Source: Azolla caroliniana
Taxonomy: Eukaryota; Plantae; Polypodiophyta
Length of the DNA: 64,000 nucleotides
Direction: 5' to 3'
Assembly: GCA_043228905.1 (NCBI GenBank)
Contig: JBHGNT010000001.1
Span: 10,788,001-10,852,000 of the forward strand
Of the stretch, positions 1-11,500 are shown piece after piece (the stretch's first letter is position 1; each line of letters starts with the position of its first letter). Under the pieces are notes generated by a model. That model was not told the DNA's origin, did no database searches, and saw only the letters and a program-made list of their open reading frames with translations. A program made the translations under genes and the position numbers.

Positions 1-243
1 ATTCTCGGTATCTTTATTAATATCGTATTCTTCAATAGAGAACTCTTCACATGTGTCATTATTTACATTCCTTGTAGATGAGCTCAGACAATATTCTTCG
101 ATAGAATATGGTGAGTCGGTCGAAAGACAATATTCTTCAATCGAATATGGTGACTCTGTTGACAAACAATACTCTTCAGTAGAAAACGATGGGTCTGATG
201 ACAAACAATATTCTTCAAGCGAGAACGGTGAATCTTCACTCAT
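1..243 (-). pseudogene. 5' end of Sola-like transposase gene, copy 0 (continues beyond the left edge)
   Basis: 1-250 aligns with 7411-7627, the N-terminus of the transposase copy at 5886-7620. ATG at 243-241. Contains four 39-bp repeats (SIEEYCLS-type 13-aa unit). Confidence 0.7.
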
Positions 244-1048
244 GGCTTAAGGTCTAGATAGGGCTCTCTAAGTTATACTCCTCTCTAACCATATACTCCT
301 CCCTAAACATAAACTTCTCTCTAAACAAAAGCCATATCAATAGAATGTCTATATTATGTAATATTCTATTAAAATACAATACATCTAAAAATTATTTTTA
401 ATAAAGTAATTTAACTTAAATTATCAATCATTATATACACTAGATCTAAATGATGTTAAATCAAGTAAAATATAAAACTAATCATTAACAAGCCTTGAAT
501 ATGTTGGATTAATGTTAAAATCATTGGCTAATTAATAAACGTCTCACTCATTGATTCTTTAATGCTCACCATTTTAAATATTAGACTTATCAATCATTGG
601 CTAATTCATGCCCACATCTTTAATACATAACTATTGAGAGTCATAAATTTTTTTGCTTTTAGTAATCAATCATTGGTACATTCATGAACCTCTATCATTG
701 TCTCCTTCATAACCTTTGAAGTGATTGTAGGTTGTTATGAGTATAAAGGATTGATCAATATGTTAGTTTGACTTTGTAATCATTAATACAATCATAAGTT
801 ACTATAGTTAATGTGACTATGGTTACAAACTAACTATCCTCAAAGTTACCAACATTGGTTAAGGTGACTATGGTTACATTAACCATGGGTTCAATCCCTA
901 TAAATAGGAAGACCTCATCATATTTCACTCACCAGAGCGTACAGAGCGTACAGAGCACTCAGAGCACACAGAGCACACAGAGCACACAGAGCACTCAAGG
1001 CACAAAGCACGAAAGCGCGATCTCCGCCTCCACACAACACGATCAACC
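244..1048. promoter_or_regulatory. Putative bidirectional promoter and 5' UTR between transposase (-) and ParB-MTase (+), copy 1
   Basis: AT-rich spacer between divergent ATGs (243 minus, 1049 plus). CCCTATAAATAGG TATA box at 896-908. Repeated TCATTGG (CCAAT on minus) near 521, 593 and 670. 9-bp CAGAGCACA repeats at about 933-1000. TATA and CCAAT motifs are also present in copy 2. Confidence 0.55.
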
Positions 1049-1133
1049 ATGTCTTCCAAGAGAGTCGAGCGCGAGGAGTCCAGGTAGGCCTCTGACACTG
1101 TGGACATTTTTGTAAATATGTTTCGTTTCCCAA

Positions 1134-1333
1134 GAACTCGATACGACGTATCGAGTTCATGTATACAATACAAATATTTATACACGAACTCGATACGGCG
1201 TATCGAGTTCGTGTGTAAATATTTGTATTGTATACATGAACTCGATACGCCGTATCGAGTTCGTGTTTAAAGGCTACACTTTAAACACGAACTCGATACG
1301 CCGTATCGAGTTCGTGTTTAAAGTGTAGCCTTT
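1134..1333. repeat. Array of four 25-bp palindromes in intron 1 of ParB-MTase copy 1
   Basis: GAACTCGATACG-N-CGTATCGAGTTC starts at 1134, 1186, 1238 and 1289. 1134-1262 and 1269-1333 form larger near-perfect palindromes. Confidence 0.95.
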
Positions 1334-1833
1334 GAGAGAGAAAAATCGTTTACGGGGTGGAAAAGATATCAAATTGTCTGGCAAAATCAGTCTTTTTTAT
1401 GTTGACTTTACTTACGTTTAAACAAATACATGCTCTAATTATAGGTGTTTTATGATCTATTTTAGCTTAAAATAGTATAAAATGATCTAAAAATTGCCTT
1501 CACTATGGCAAATTCTCCTCAATATAGGTTTAGAATCTATATAAGTCACACCTACTATTTAAAAGAATATATAACCCGTTTTACTTATTACGATATATAT
1601 TTTCTAGGTTGAATAGCCCTGCCTATAATAGATTTTTGAATATGTTACTGCTCCTGGAAACTGTTCTTCATTATAATAACAACTTCAATCTACGTGACTG
1701 TCTAACTTATGTTTTTGCATATACTTTCTTAAATAGGTCGTTTGAGAACCTTTCAGACCGACCCGTAAAGAAAATTAAGCTTCGCATACAAGGTTCTCCA
1801 ATCGAAGCCTAGACCAAGGTAACTCCGGAGACC

Positions 1834-3378
1834 ATGAAGAGGGGAAAAAAGCTTCTCTTTAACGAAGAGACAAAATCTCAGCCACATAGTGATGTAAGCC
1901 AAAGGAAACTTGTCGCCGCTACTGGAGGCGAAGACCTTCCTGACCGAGATCTAACGGACAAGGAATGGTGTATGCAATATGTCGACTCAAAGAAAAAAGT
2001 CGTATTGTATACAGCAAAGAAGAAGGGTGAGGGGCAACTAGGAAAAGAAACTCCATTTATGTATGGCCGAATTCTACGATTTGACTACGAAGATGCAGAT
2101 TCGGCCAACATACTGGTAATGATAGAGTGCTCGAAGGGGGTACACAAAGTGTTCCTTTCAGAAGACCTTTTAGTAAAGGAATCTTGTGGGCTTGAAGTGT
2201 TCAAAAAAGCACTTGATAACTCACAAAACCTGATTGTTACCTTGAGGCCTTATATACAAGGCCATGTAACTCTAAGAGATGAAGAGCCCTCCCACGTGAA
2301 GGCCACTAAAAAGGTATCCAAAGTCCAGTCAAGACCAGCCAAGAAGAAGACAACGAAAATGTCGGATACGGATTCGACAAGTGAAAATGAAGAAGAGGAT
2401 AATAAGGGGACGCCAGGAGCCGAGCTGGCCTCGGGTGTCTTGTCATCCGAGCAGAATAAAATAAGGAGAGAGTTAATGCAACGGAAGCTGGTCAGGAAAG
2501 GGCAAGTATTTAATTTGCCTATAACACACATCCATCGGCCCCCTATTGATGAAAAAACAGGTCGAAGACCACTTGAGATTAGAGAGCCTCATCGCATGCA
2601 TGTTCAAAATCTCAAGAAAAAAATGAAAATTAATCCTCATGCCACAGTGGTGCCTTTTATTGTTATGGTGGATCCTGAAGAATGCGAAACCATTGAAGAT
2701 TTTGATATCAGAAAGCATGATCAATATAATTATTTTGTCATTGGTGGATCGCATTCCGCAGAGGCACGTCGGCAACTTGTGAGAGAACATCCAACGACTT
2801 TCTTCTTCAAGTATGCCGAGTGCAAAATTTATGTTGGGCTCACAACCGAAGAGGCTAAGCTGTTGGCATGGGACCATAATAATGATAATGTCTATAGGCA
2901 GAAAATGTCGTCTATTGAGCGTATACGGTTCTTCCACCACGAGTATTTAGATGTGAAACAAAAGTTTGGTGTGAAGTTACATCCAGGCCTTCGACGTCAA
3001 TGTCTTCATGAAGTCGGCATTGTGGTAGATGATAATGTTAGGTCCGATGGTCTTCGAAAGTATGAATCTTGGTTTCAATTAGCGTTTAGAGATGGAGAAG
3101 TATGGGACCTCCAAGATCAAATCTTCTCAATGTGGGAGAATAAGGAGGTAAATGGTCAACGACAAAAGAAATGTAGGGTTGACCCTCAACTAGAATTAAA
3201 GTCACAAGCCGCCAAGAAAATTGACTTGACAATTGAAGAAGCGGCAGACGACATGAAGCTGTCTCTATGGAGAGCGATGCAAGGTATTAAGGACGAGCAG
3301 CTTGTTGTGTCGGTTTTGTCAAGGGTTGTGGCGAAAGATTTAAGCCTTGAAGAAATGGTCACCGAGTTCAATAAGTAA
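1834..3378 (+). CDS. Main open frame of exon 2: acidic/basic linker plus ParB/Srx-like domain
   Basis: 514-aa ORF. IGGSHSAEA resembles the ParB/Srx G-x-H/R-R motif and is followed by the typical 'lteeea..la...N' helix. The ORF runs into a splice donor (AA|GTAAGT at 3375). Confidence 0.7.
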   Translation: MKRGKKLLFNEETKSQPHSDVSQRKLVAATGGEDLPDRDLTDKEWCMQYVDSKKKVVLYTAKKKGEGQLGKETPFMYGRILRFDYEDADSANILVMIECSKGVHKVFLSEDLLVKESCGLEVFKKALDNSQNLIVTLRPYIQGHVTLRDEEPSHVKATKKVSKVQSRPAKKKTTKMSDTDSTSENEEEDNKGTPGAELASGVLSSEQNKIRRELMQRKLVRKGQVFNLPITHIHRPPIDEKTGRRPLEIREPHRMHVQNLKKKMKINPHATVVPFIVMVDPEECETIEDFDIRKHDQYNYFVIGGSHSAEARRQLVREHPTTFFFKYAECKIYVGLTTEEAKLLAWDHNNDNVYRQKMSSIERIRFFHHEYLDVKQKFGVKLHPGLRRQCLHEVGIVVDDNVRSDGLRKYESWFQLAFRDGEVWDLQDQIFSMWENKEVNGQRQKKCRVDPQLELKSQAAKKIDLTIEEAADDMKLSLWRAMQGIKDEQLVVSVLSRVVAKDLSLEEMVTEFNK

Positions 3379-5885
3379 GTCTTTCCAATACTGAAATTGT
3401 AGTCTATCTGGTGTAATTCAAAGTTCTAATCTTGATTTCTAATTTTACAGTCATAAGGTGTACATGAAGATCCAAGAAGTAATGATGAAACAACTTGGAT
3501 GTATAACTTGGGAACAAGTGACCGAGGATTATCCTCTAACGTCTTCGTATAAGGCGTTATCAGAGTATTTTATTGCATTCAAGGATTGGGTTAGTATTGA
3601 TGTTTTTTCATTACCCTTTCATCATATGTAGAGCTTGTATAATAATACCTGATGTCCTATTGTTTCTATTAGAAACCATGTCGAGGCAAGAAACAAGGAG
3701 AAGTTAAGGATATACACGATTTCCCTACATCCTTCCTTGCACATCTCGAGCGAGCCAGAAAAGAAAAGGATCGTCGCTTAGTCAAGGCGTACGAAATGGA
3801 GGAAGATGGCTCGTTTAAAAAATTTAGCCACAAAGAAGATATTACGAGAGATCTTTACTACAATGTGGTTTGCGGTGATGTCATCGACTTGATCCAGAAG
3901 GTGCCAAAGAAGGAATATACGCTAATGATTGCGGATATTCCTTACGGATTTCGAATGGCTGGGTCATCATACGACGATGAACCGTTTAGATTTAAACAAT
4001 TGGAGAAGATGGTCAAGGATTTCGCTGAGCTAACGACCGCATCCTTGTGGCGAATAGTTGTCTTTCATAGTATGGACCAAGGGTACTCGGTAGCTCAAGC
4101 TTTGAGATCTCGTTGCCATGGCATCGAGAACCTTGCATGGTAAGGATTATTTATAGGTGTCTTTCATTATATTGCAATTCTTAAGGTTGTTGAATCTATT
4201 CTTAACTCGATGAATTATTTTTTATAGGATCAAGACCAATGTAAATAGAGGGCCAACTTTTCGGTTCGTTAATGCCATTGAATACATAACGGTTGGCTAC
4301 TTCGATTAAATTAAAAAACAGAGAATCAAAGAGCATTCTAATGAAGTGGGAGGTTCAAATCTGTTGGTATATCCAGCAGTGACTCGGAAATTGCGACATG
4401 TCACCACGACAGAACGGGGACTTGTCAACCCATACCAAAAACCTCAACGACTTATGATGCGCTTGATCGAGATGTTTTCTGTCGAAGGAGACTGGATATT
4501 AGATCTCTTTTCTGGCACAGGTATTCCTCGAACTAGGGTAACGATCTTGAGATAACCAATCACTTTTTTTCGTTTGACAACTAAATCTTCTTGTTAATTA
4601 CATCATAGGAACTACGTCAGCATGTGCATTGAAGCTGTTTAGAAATACAGTTGCATTGGAGAAGGACGAGGACCAAGTTATATTTATTAATATGCGGATT
4701 AAGGCTTTGTGGGAGTGCCCAGACCAGGATGAGGAGGTCGGTGCAAAGAACCTCGCCAATACAGAAAGGTTTCAACCCGCTTCGCGAGAGCCTATTCCTC
4801 CGTTAGCCGGCGAACCGGGGGAGCTAATAGAGCTTGATGATGAGCTTATAGAAGATATTTCGTTGGCCCGGCTAACAGGGGAAACCAATGCACGTATAGT
4901 CGAAGACAGTTCTACACAAGATGATGAAGAAAATGACGTTGATGATTTGATTGCTATGTAATAGACTATATAAAGAATATGACACTGACGATTTGTTAAG
5001 ATTTCATATTATTAATACAAATTTTGGGTTTTACCTAGTGGATTCTATTCTTTATAATCATCTATATGTTTCAATTTTATTTTTATATACTTCATTAGTA
5101 GATTTATGATATTGGTTTCACCGCGTTCATAGCTGACTACCAAACTTATGGAGAAACATGAACTAGCTTAAATGGAGGCTGATTTTGGTCCAAGCTAACC
5201 TTAACAGAACATGGCCCTATAATTATTGCCATGACTGTCCATGTTGTTATTATGGATCTTTGTCTTATATTGTTAAAACTATTATGTTTCTATTCCATTG
5301 CTGCTTAGATTGTGTAGTGTGTTGATAATGGTTCTAGTTGCGTTATCGTTCGGAGTTTGATCTTGTGTGAATCACCTAAGCAATAGAGTAGATCAATTTT
5401 AAATACAGGTATGAAAGCCTAATAGGTTTGTTATTTCCACGACATTATCCTAAAGTTCACTGCCTTACATTGTGCACAATTATATACACATATGGTTTGA
5501 TCCCATATGAACAAACTGAGGAATAGATTAGATCAACTTTTAATATAAGTATTGAATACTTTAATAAGTTAGTTATTCCAATAATTTATCCTAATGTGCA
5601 CTATCCTACATTTTCGACAATTACATACATGCACGTATGGGTAAAAGTATAAATTTTATCTCATTTTATTAGTATGGATACAAGTACACCTCATATTTTT
5701 GTAAAACCTACCTAATTAATATAAGTCTTTAAGTTAGTGTTTCCCTTGTCGCACAATAGTGCCATATTGAGCCATAGTTGAACTTTATTTAGATACATTA
5801 ACTTATCAACATGTCTAAACTTGCATGATTTCTACTGATCTCCACTCGTAGATCTATCATGTATTTTTATATTTGCAAATTCTTA

Positions 5886-7620
5886 TCAAGTTGAGGAACA
5901 TGTGATACTAGTGTATCCAATTATTGTAGAGAGGGTGTATTTTCTTCGTTTTAAGAAGATTCTACAAGTGGAATGCGCAATCCTTCCACTTGTGAACGCG
6001 AACGTGTTTTTTGAGTGTGGTGTATATGCATCACAAATGACATCAAATAGTTTAGGTAATGTGAAAGCATCATGCCGAAACAACTGTCTAGAGAATGTGC
6101 TAAACACTGATCTATATGATCATGAGTGTGGCCAACCAAAAGAAAATCGACTTTCACTTTTCTAAACAATCCTTGGTTGACCAACATACTTAGATAGCCA
6201 AACACAGTTGAATTTTTGTTCTCTCTAGCAGTATTGTCCAATTGAATGTATAGAGCAGGGGGGAACGGTTGGCCCCAAGACATCAAAACTCGGTGAATCA
6301 CTGTAACTGTTAGGTTAGGGTCATTGTGAACATTGGGGTATGTAATGAAGACGTGAGGTCTAAGTGACCTATTATAAGCCAAGCATCCCACCAAGTGCAT
6401 TTGAATAAGGTACTCATCATTGACGTCTTTGGGGAGCCTCCGCATATGTGGCAAACACGTCTCCTTCTGGTTCATGCCATTTATCATTAAGCACATGTAT
6501 TGTTCGGGCCTCTTCAAACACTTCTCTCTATGATGCATCGCCTTCTTTCGTTCTAACGATTGTGCCTCACGATGCTCATGTAGTAACTTTTTACTCATAT
6601 CCTTTTCCATTGATGTCTTTGCACCTTTAGCCAAACTTTTAAGATTTGCACAAATGGAGCAATACCCCAAGCGTACTTTACGTGGAATGATAACATTTGA
6701 AAACCGAGCTCTCCATAATCTTGTGAATTGGCTATATGTGACAGACTTCTTATGTGAGCCCACCATATCAGATCGATAGACATCAAAAACTTCCCGACGT
6801 GTGTAATTATCATAGAGGTGCATCCTACCTATAGTGGGCATTACTTCACAATTTAACTGAAAGTAACTTTTCATCCAACCAATAACATGTCTTCCAATTG
6901 CACCTTTCATACTTGGAACCTCTTTACAATTGAGCATCTGATCCTCGCTAAGTAGACGTTGTTGTACTCTATGTAGCCGCATGTTACTAACACATAACGC
7001 AATTTTGAATGCAACTCTACATATTTGTTGTGCATGGAAGATATAATACTCGAATGATACTTTGATCCCCATACATTTGTCAAACACTAGTTGCATATGT
7101 GACCCGAGGTAAGTGTTTTGCTCATCACCAGTCATCGAAAAATAGTATCGCCTTAATTCTCACAACTTTGATTTTCCAATCATAGACATACAACCACGGG
7201 CACAACATATTTTTTTGACATCAAATCCAATCTGCTTATCTGATGTCACCAAGTTAAATCTAGCTAGATGAATTCTTCGTGGGATTCTTCTAATATGCAT
7301 AGGGCTTCCAGATTTCTCTTCCTGCATAGAAGTTAGTGTAACCTTGTTACTATCCAATTCTTTGTTGTGACCATCTCCATGATATTCGATGTTTGATTGG
7401 CACTACCTTCATTCTCCGTATCTTTATTAATATCATATTCTTCAATAGAGAACTCTTCACATGTGTCATTATTCACAGGCGTTGTAGGTGAAAATGAGCT
7501 CAGACAATATTCTTCGATAGAAAATGGTGAGTCTGTCGACAGACAATATTCTTCGGTAGAAAACAAAGAGTATGATGACAAACAATATTCTTCAATCGAG
7601 AACGGTGAGTCTTCACTCAT
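5886..7620 (-). pseudogene. Sola-like DDD DNA transposase (degenerate, probably 3'-truncated near 6010)
   Basis: ORFs 7333-7620, 7160-7357, 5951-7135 and 5886-6107 join through a frameshift, a TGA at 7160 (likely from CGA) and a second frameshift. Motifs: CCARGC; CSIC; LMINGMNQKETCLP (likely decayed DGMDQ); LYIQLDNTARENKN; FLLVGHTHDHIDQ-MFSTFS. The superfamily assignment rests on recalled motif similarity. Confidence 0.7.
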
Positions 7621-8514
7621 GGCTTAAGGTCCACACAGAGCTCTTTAAATTATGTGCTTAGGCTAACATAAAAAACTGATAGGCTCCTCTCTAAACATAA
7701 ACTCCTCCCTAAACAGAAGCTCCCTCAATATAATGTCTATATTATTTAATATTATATTAATACAATAAATAAAGATATTATTTTTAATATAATAATTGTA
7801 TTCAACATATTAATAATTACTTAAACTAGTCTGTATAAAGTTAAATCAAGTATAATATAATTACAATAATTACGAAGCCACATATATGTTGGTTTAAAGT
7901 TAAAATCATTAATTATTGAATAACACCCATATTTAATATAAAACTTCTCAGTCATTGGTTCATTCATGCCCACCATTTAAATATAAGACTTTTGAATCAT
8001 TGGTTCATTCATGGCCACATCTTTACTATAAAGCAATTAAGAGTCATAAAAATGTTGCTTTGAGTATTCAATCATTGGTTCATTCATGAACCTCTATCAT
8101 TGCTTCCTTCATGACCTTCAAAGTCATTGTATGTTAGTTTGACTATAAAATAATCATTATTATGTTAGTTTGACTATTTAATCATTGATGCATTCATAAG
8201 CATCATTTATTTTAAAGCCATTAGAGAGTGATTGGTACACTCAAGATTAGGTACTAAATAAAGTAACTTTGGTTAAAGTGATTGTGCTTACTAACTAACT
8301 AACCTTAAGGTTGCCAACCTTGGTTAAAGTGACTGTGGTTACTTTAACCACTGTGGTCAATCCCTATAAATAGGAAGACCTCCTCATATTTCAATCACAC
8401 GAAGCACACACGCAGAACAAAGCACAAGAGCACAAGAGCACACAGAGAAAACAAAGCACATAGAGCACGAAGCACCAAACTGAGATCTCCCCCTAAGCAT
8501 CGACAACGTCCACC
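7621..8514. promoter_or_regulatory. Putative bidirectional promoter and 5' UTR, copy 2
   Basis: Homologous to 244-1048. TATAAAT at 8365-8371. Repeated TCATTGGTTCATTCATG at about 7952, 7997 and 8073. Confidence 0.55.
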
Positions 8515-11500
8515 ATGTCTTCAAAGAAAATCGAGCGCCAAGACTCCAGGTAAGCGTCTGACACTTTGGACATTTTTGTAAATATGTTTTAGGACTCAAG
8601 AACTCGATACATCATATCGAGTTCTTGTATAAAGTTTGTGTTTTCAATAGAAACTCGATACGGCGTATCGAGTTCCTGTTTGTTTTAAACAGGAACTCGA
8701 TACGCCGTATCGAGTTCTTGTATAAAGTTTGCGTTTTCAACAGGAACTCGATACGCCGTATCGAGTTCCTGTATTATGTTCATGTTTTATAGAGGAACTT
8801 GATACACCGTATCGAGTTCTTGTAAAAAGTTTGTGATTTATACAGGAACTCGATATGGCATATCAAGTTCCTGTAAAAAGTTTGTGTTTTATACAGGAAC
8901 TCAATACGCCGTATCGAGTTCCTGTGTAAAGTATGTGTTTTATAAAGGAACTGTATCGAGTTCCTGTTTAAAGTTTATGTTTTGCATCGAGTTCCTGTAT
9001 AAACACGAACTTTATACAGGAACTCGATACGGCGTATCGAGTTACTGTATAAAACACAAAATTTAAACAAGAATATTGTGTATTTGGGGAACAATTTAGT
9101 ATATGTGTGAAAAGATACCAAACTTTCTGTCAAATTCAGACTTTTTTAGTGACATTTGCCATATTTTGTAACAACTAGGGGCCTTACTTAAAAAGGTTTT
9201 ATGACCTATTATAGCTTAAAATAATAGAAAATAACCCACGAATTACCTTTATGATACCAAATTTAAGTCTGTCATATGCAAATTCTCTACAATAAGGATA
9301 TAGAATCAATATAAGCCATACCTACCCTTCAAGATGATATATATCCTTGTATACTTATTAAGATATATAATTTTTGAAGTTGATAGGCCCTTACTAGAAT
9401 GGATTTCTGAATAAAGGACTATCATGTTCACTCAATACATGATTGATATTTATAGTTTACCACAAATCACCTGTTAGTTTTAGTCTTCGTCTAATTATGT
9501 ATATTTTAATATACAACCTAAATCTATGTGACCACCTAACTTATGTTTTCGCATGTCCTTTCTTAAGTAGGTCGTTTGAGAACTTGTCTGACCGACCTGT
9601 GAAGAATATAAAGCTCTAGATACAGGGTTTTCCAATTGAGACCTAGACCCTAATAGTTCCTGAGAACATGAAGAGAGGAAAAAAGCTTCTCTTCAACGAG
9701 GAGACAAAATCTCAACCATCCAATGAGTTCAGCCAAAAGAAAATGTTAGCAACTACTGGTGGTGAGGACCTTCCTGACCGTGATCTAATGGACAAGGAAT
9801 GGTGTATGCAATACGTCGACTCCAAGAAAAAAGTCGTGTTGTATACAACAAAGAAGAAGGGCGAGGGGCAACTTGAAAATGAAACCGCATTTATGTATGG
9901 CCGTATCCTAAGATTTGACTATGAAGATTCAAATTCAGCCAACATAATTGTAATGATTGAGTGCTCTAAGGGGGTATGTAAAGTGTACCTTTTTGAAGAT
10001 CTACTAGTAAAGGAATCATGTGGGCCATAATCTTTTAAAAAAGATCTAGAAAGCTCCAAAAACCTTATTGTCACCTTGAGGCCTTATATACAAGGCCATG
10101 TAACTCTAAGGGAGCCCTTGCCCTCCCCAGTGAAGGCCCTGAAAAGGGCATCTAAAGTGTGATCAAGACCAGCAAAAAAGAAGACCACTAAAATGTCAGA
10201 GCTCAAACGAAGATGAGGACACTAAGGGGATGCTAGGAGCTGAGCTGGCATCGGGTGTGTTGTCATCCGAGCAGAATAAGATACAGAGAGAGTTAATGCA
10301 ATGTAAACTGGTCAGAAAAGGGCATGTGTTTAATTTTCCTATAACACACATCCATCGGCCCCCTACAGATGAAAAAACAGGACAACGACCACTTGAGATC
10401 AGAGAGCCACACCGAATGCATGTTTAAAATCTCAAGAAAAAAATGAAAATTAATCCACATGCTACCGTTGTGCCTTTTATTGTTATGGTAAATCCCGAAT
10501 AATGTGAAACCATTGAAGATTTCGACATAAGAAAGCATGATCAATACAATTACTTTGTAATTAGTGGATCACATTCGACGAAGGCAGGTTGGCAACTTGT
10601 GAGAGAACATCCAATGACTTTCTTCTTCAAGTATGCCGAGTGCAAAATTTACGTGGGCCTCACAACTGAAGAGGCAAAGCTGTTGGCATGGGACCATAAT
10701 AACGATAATGACTATAGGCAGAAAATGTCATCAATTGCGAGTATAAGGTTCTTCCACCACGAGTATTTGGACGTCAAACAAAAGTTCAGTGTGAAGCTAC
10801 ATCCAGGCCTACGACGTCAATGCTTGCATGAAGTCAGCATTGTGGTGGATGATAATGTTAAGTCTGATGGTCTTCGGAAATATGAGTCCTGGTTTCAACT
10901 TGCCTTTAGAGATGGAGAAGTATGGGACCTACAAGATCAAATCTTCTCAATGTGGGAGAATAAGGAGGTCAAGGGTCAACGACAAAAGAAATGTAAGGTA
11001 GACCCTCAACTAGAATTAAAGTCACAAGCGGCCAAGAAAATTGATTTGACAATTGAAGAAGCGGCTGACGACATGAAGATGTATCTGTGGAGAGCGATGC
11101 AAGGTATTAAGGACGAGTAGCTTCTTGTGTTTGTTTTGTCAAGGGTTGTGGTGAAAGATTTAAGCCTTGAAGAAATGGTCACTGAGTTCAATAAGTAAGT
11201 ATTTCAAATAGTGATATTGAATTCAATATGGTGTAATTAAAAGTTCTAATCTCGTTTTCTAATTTCACAGTCATAAGGTGTACATGAAGATCCAAGAAGT
11301 TATGATGAAACAACTTGGATGTATAACTTGGGAACAAGTGACCGAGGATTATCCTCTAACGTCTTCATATAAGGCGTTATCCAAGTATTTTATTGCATTC
11401 AAGGATTGGGTTAGTATTGGTGGTTTTTCATTAAGCTTTCCTCATATGTAGAGGTTGTGTAATAATACTTGATGTCTTATTGCTTCTATTAGAAACCGTG

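Larger units (their letters stand above)
1049..4961 (+). pseudogene. Intron-containing ParB/Srx-like + beta-class amino (N6-adenine/N4-cytosine) DNA methyltransferase fusion gene, copy 1 (nearly intact, 2 in-frame stops)
   Basis: GT-AG exons 1049-1083, 1737-3374, 3451-3589, 3673-4139, 4228-4520 and 4609-4961 total 2925 nt in one frame. ParB-like segment at about 2509-2934 (VQNLKKKM..PFIVMV..YFVIGGSHSAEARRQL..LTTEEAKLLAWDHN). Motif IV-like IADIPYG at 3934-3945, then NPYQKPQRLMMRLIEMFS, then motif I GDWILDLFSGTG|TTSACALKLFRNTVALEKD; this is beta order. Stops: TAG 1810-1812 and TAA 4307-4309. Confidence 0.85.

Noticed and set aside
53-250. Plus-strand 65-aa ORF (and 7397-7627)
   Set aside because: Antisense shadow of the transposase N-terminal 39-bp repeats.
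855-1185. Short ORFs with QST, CAL or CSV repeats
   Set aside because: They arise from a 9-bp microsatellite in the inferred 5' UTR and are not conserved as proteins in copy 2.
1134-1333. CRISPR-like palindromic repeat-spacer array (also 8600-9045)
   Set aside because: Spacers are inverted or similar copies of one another and the array lies in a spliceosomal intron; kept as a palindrome array instead.
1834-4961. Bacterial contaminant or prophage ParB-methylase operon of separate ORFs
   Set aside because: The ORFs are joined by canonical GT-AG introns conserved in both copies and are embedded among plant retroelements.
5964-6010. Helitron 3' end
   Set aside because: A hairpin is present but there is no CTRR terminus and no Rep/helicase; the linked enzyme is DDD-type.
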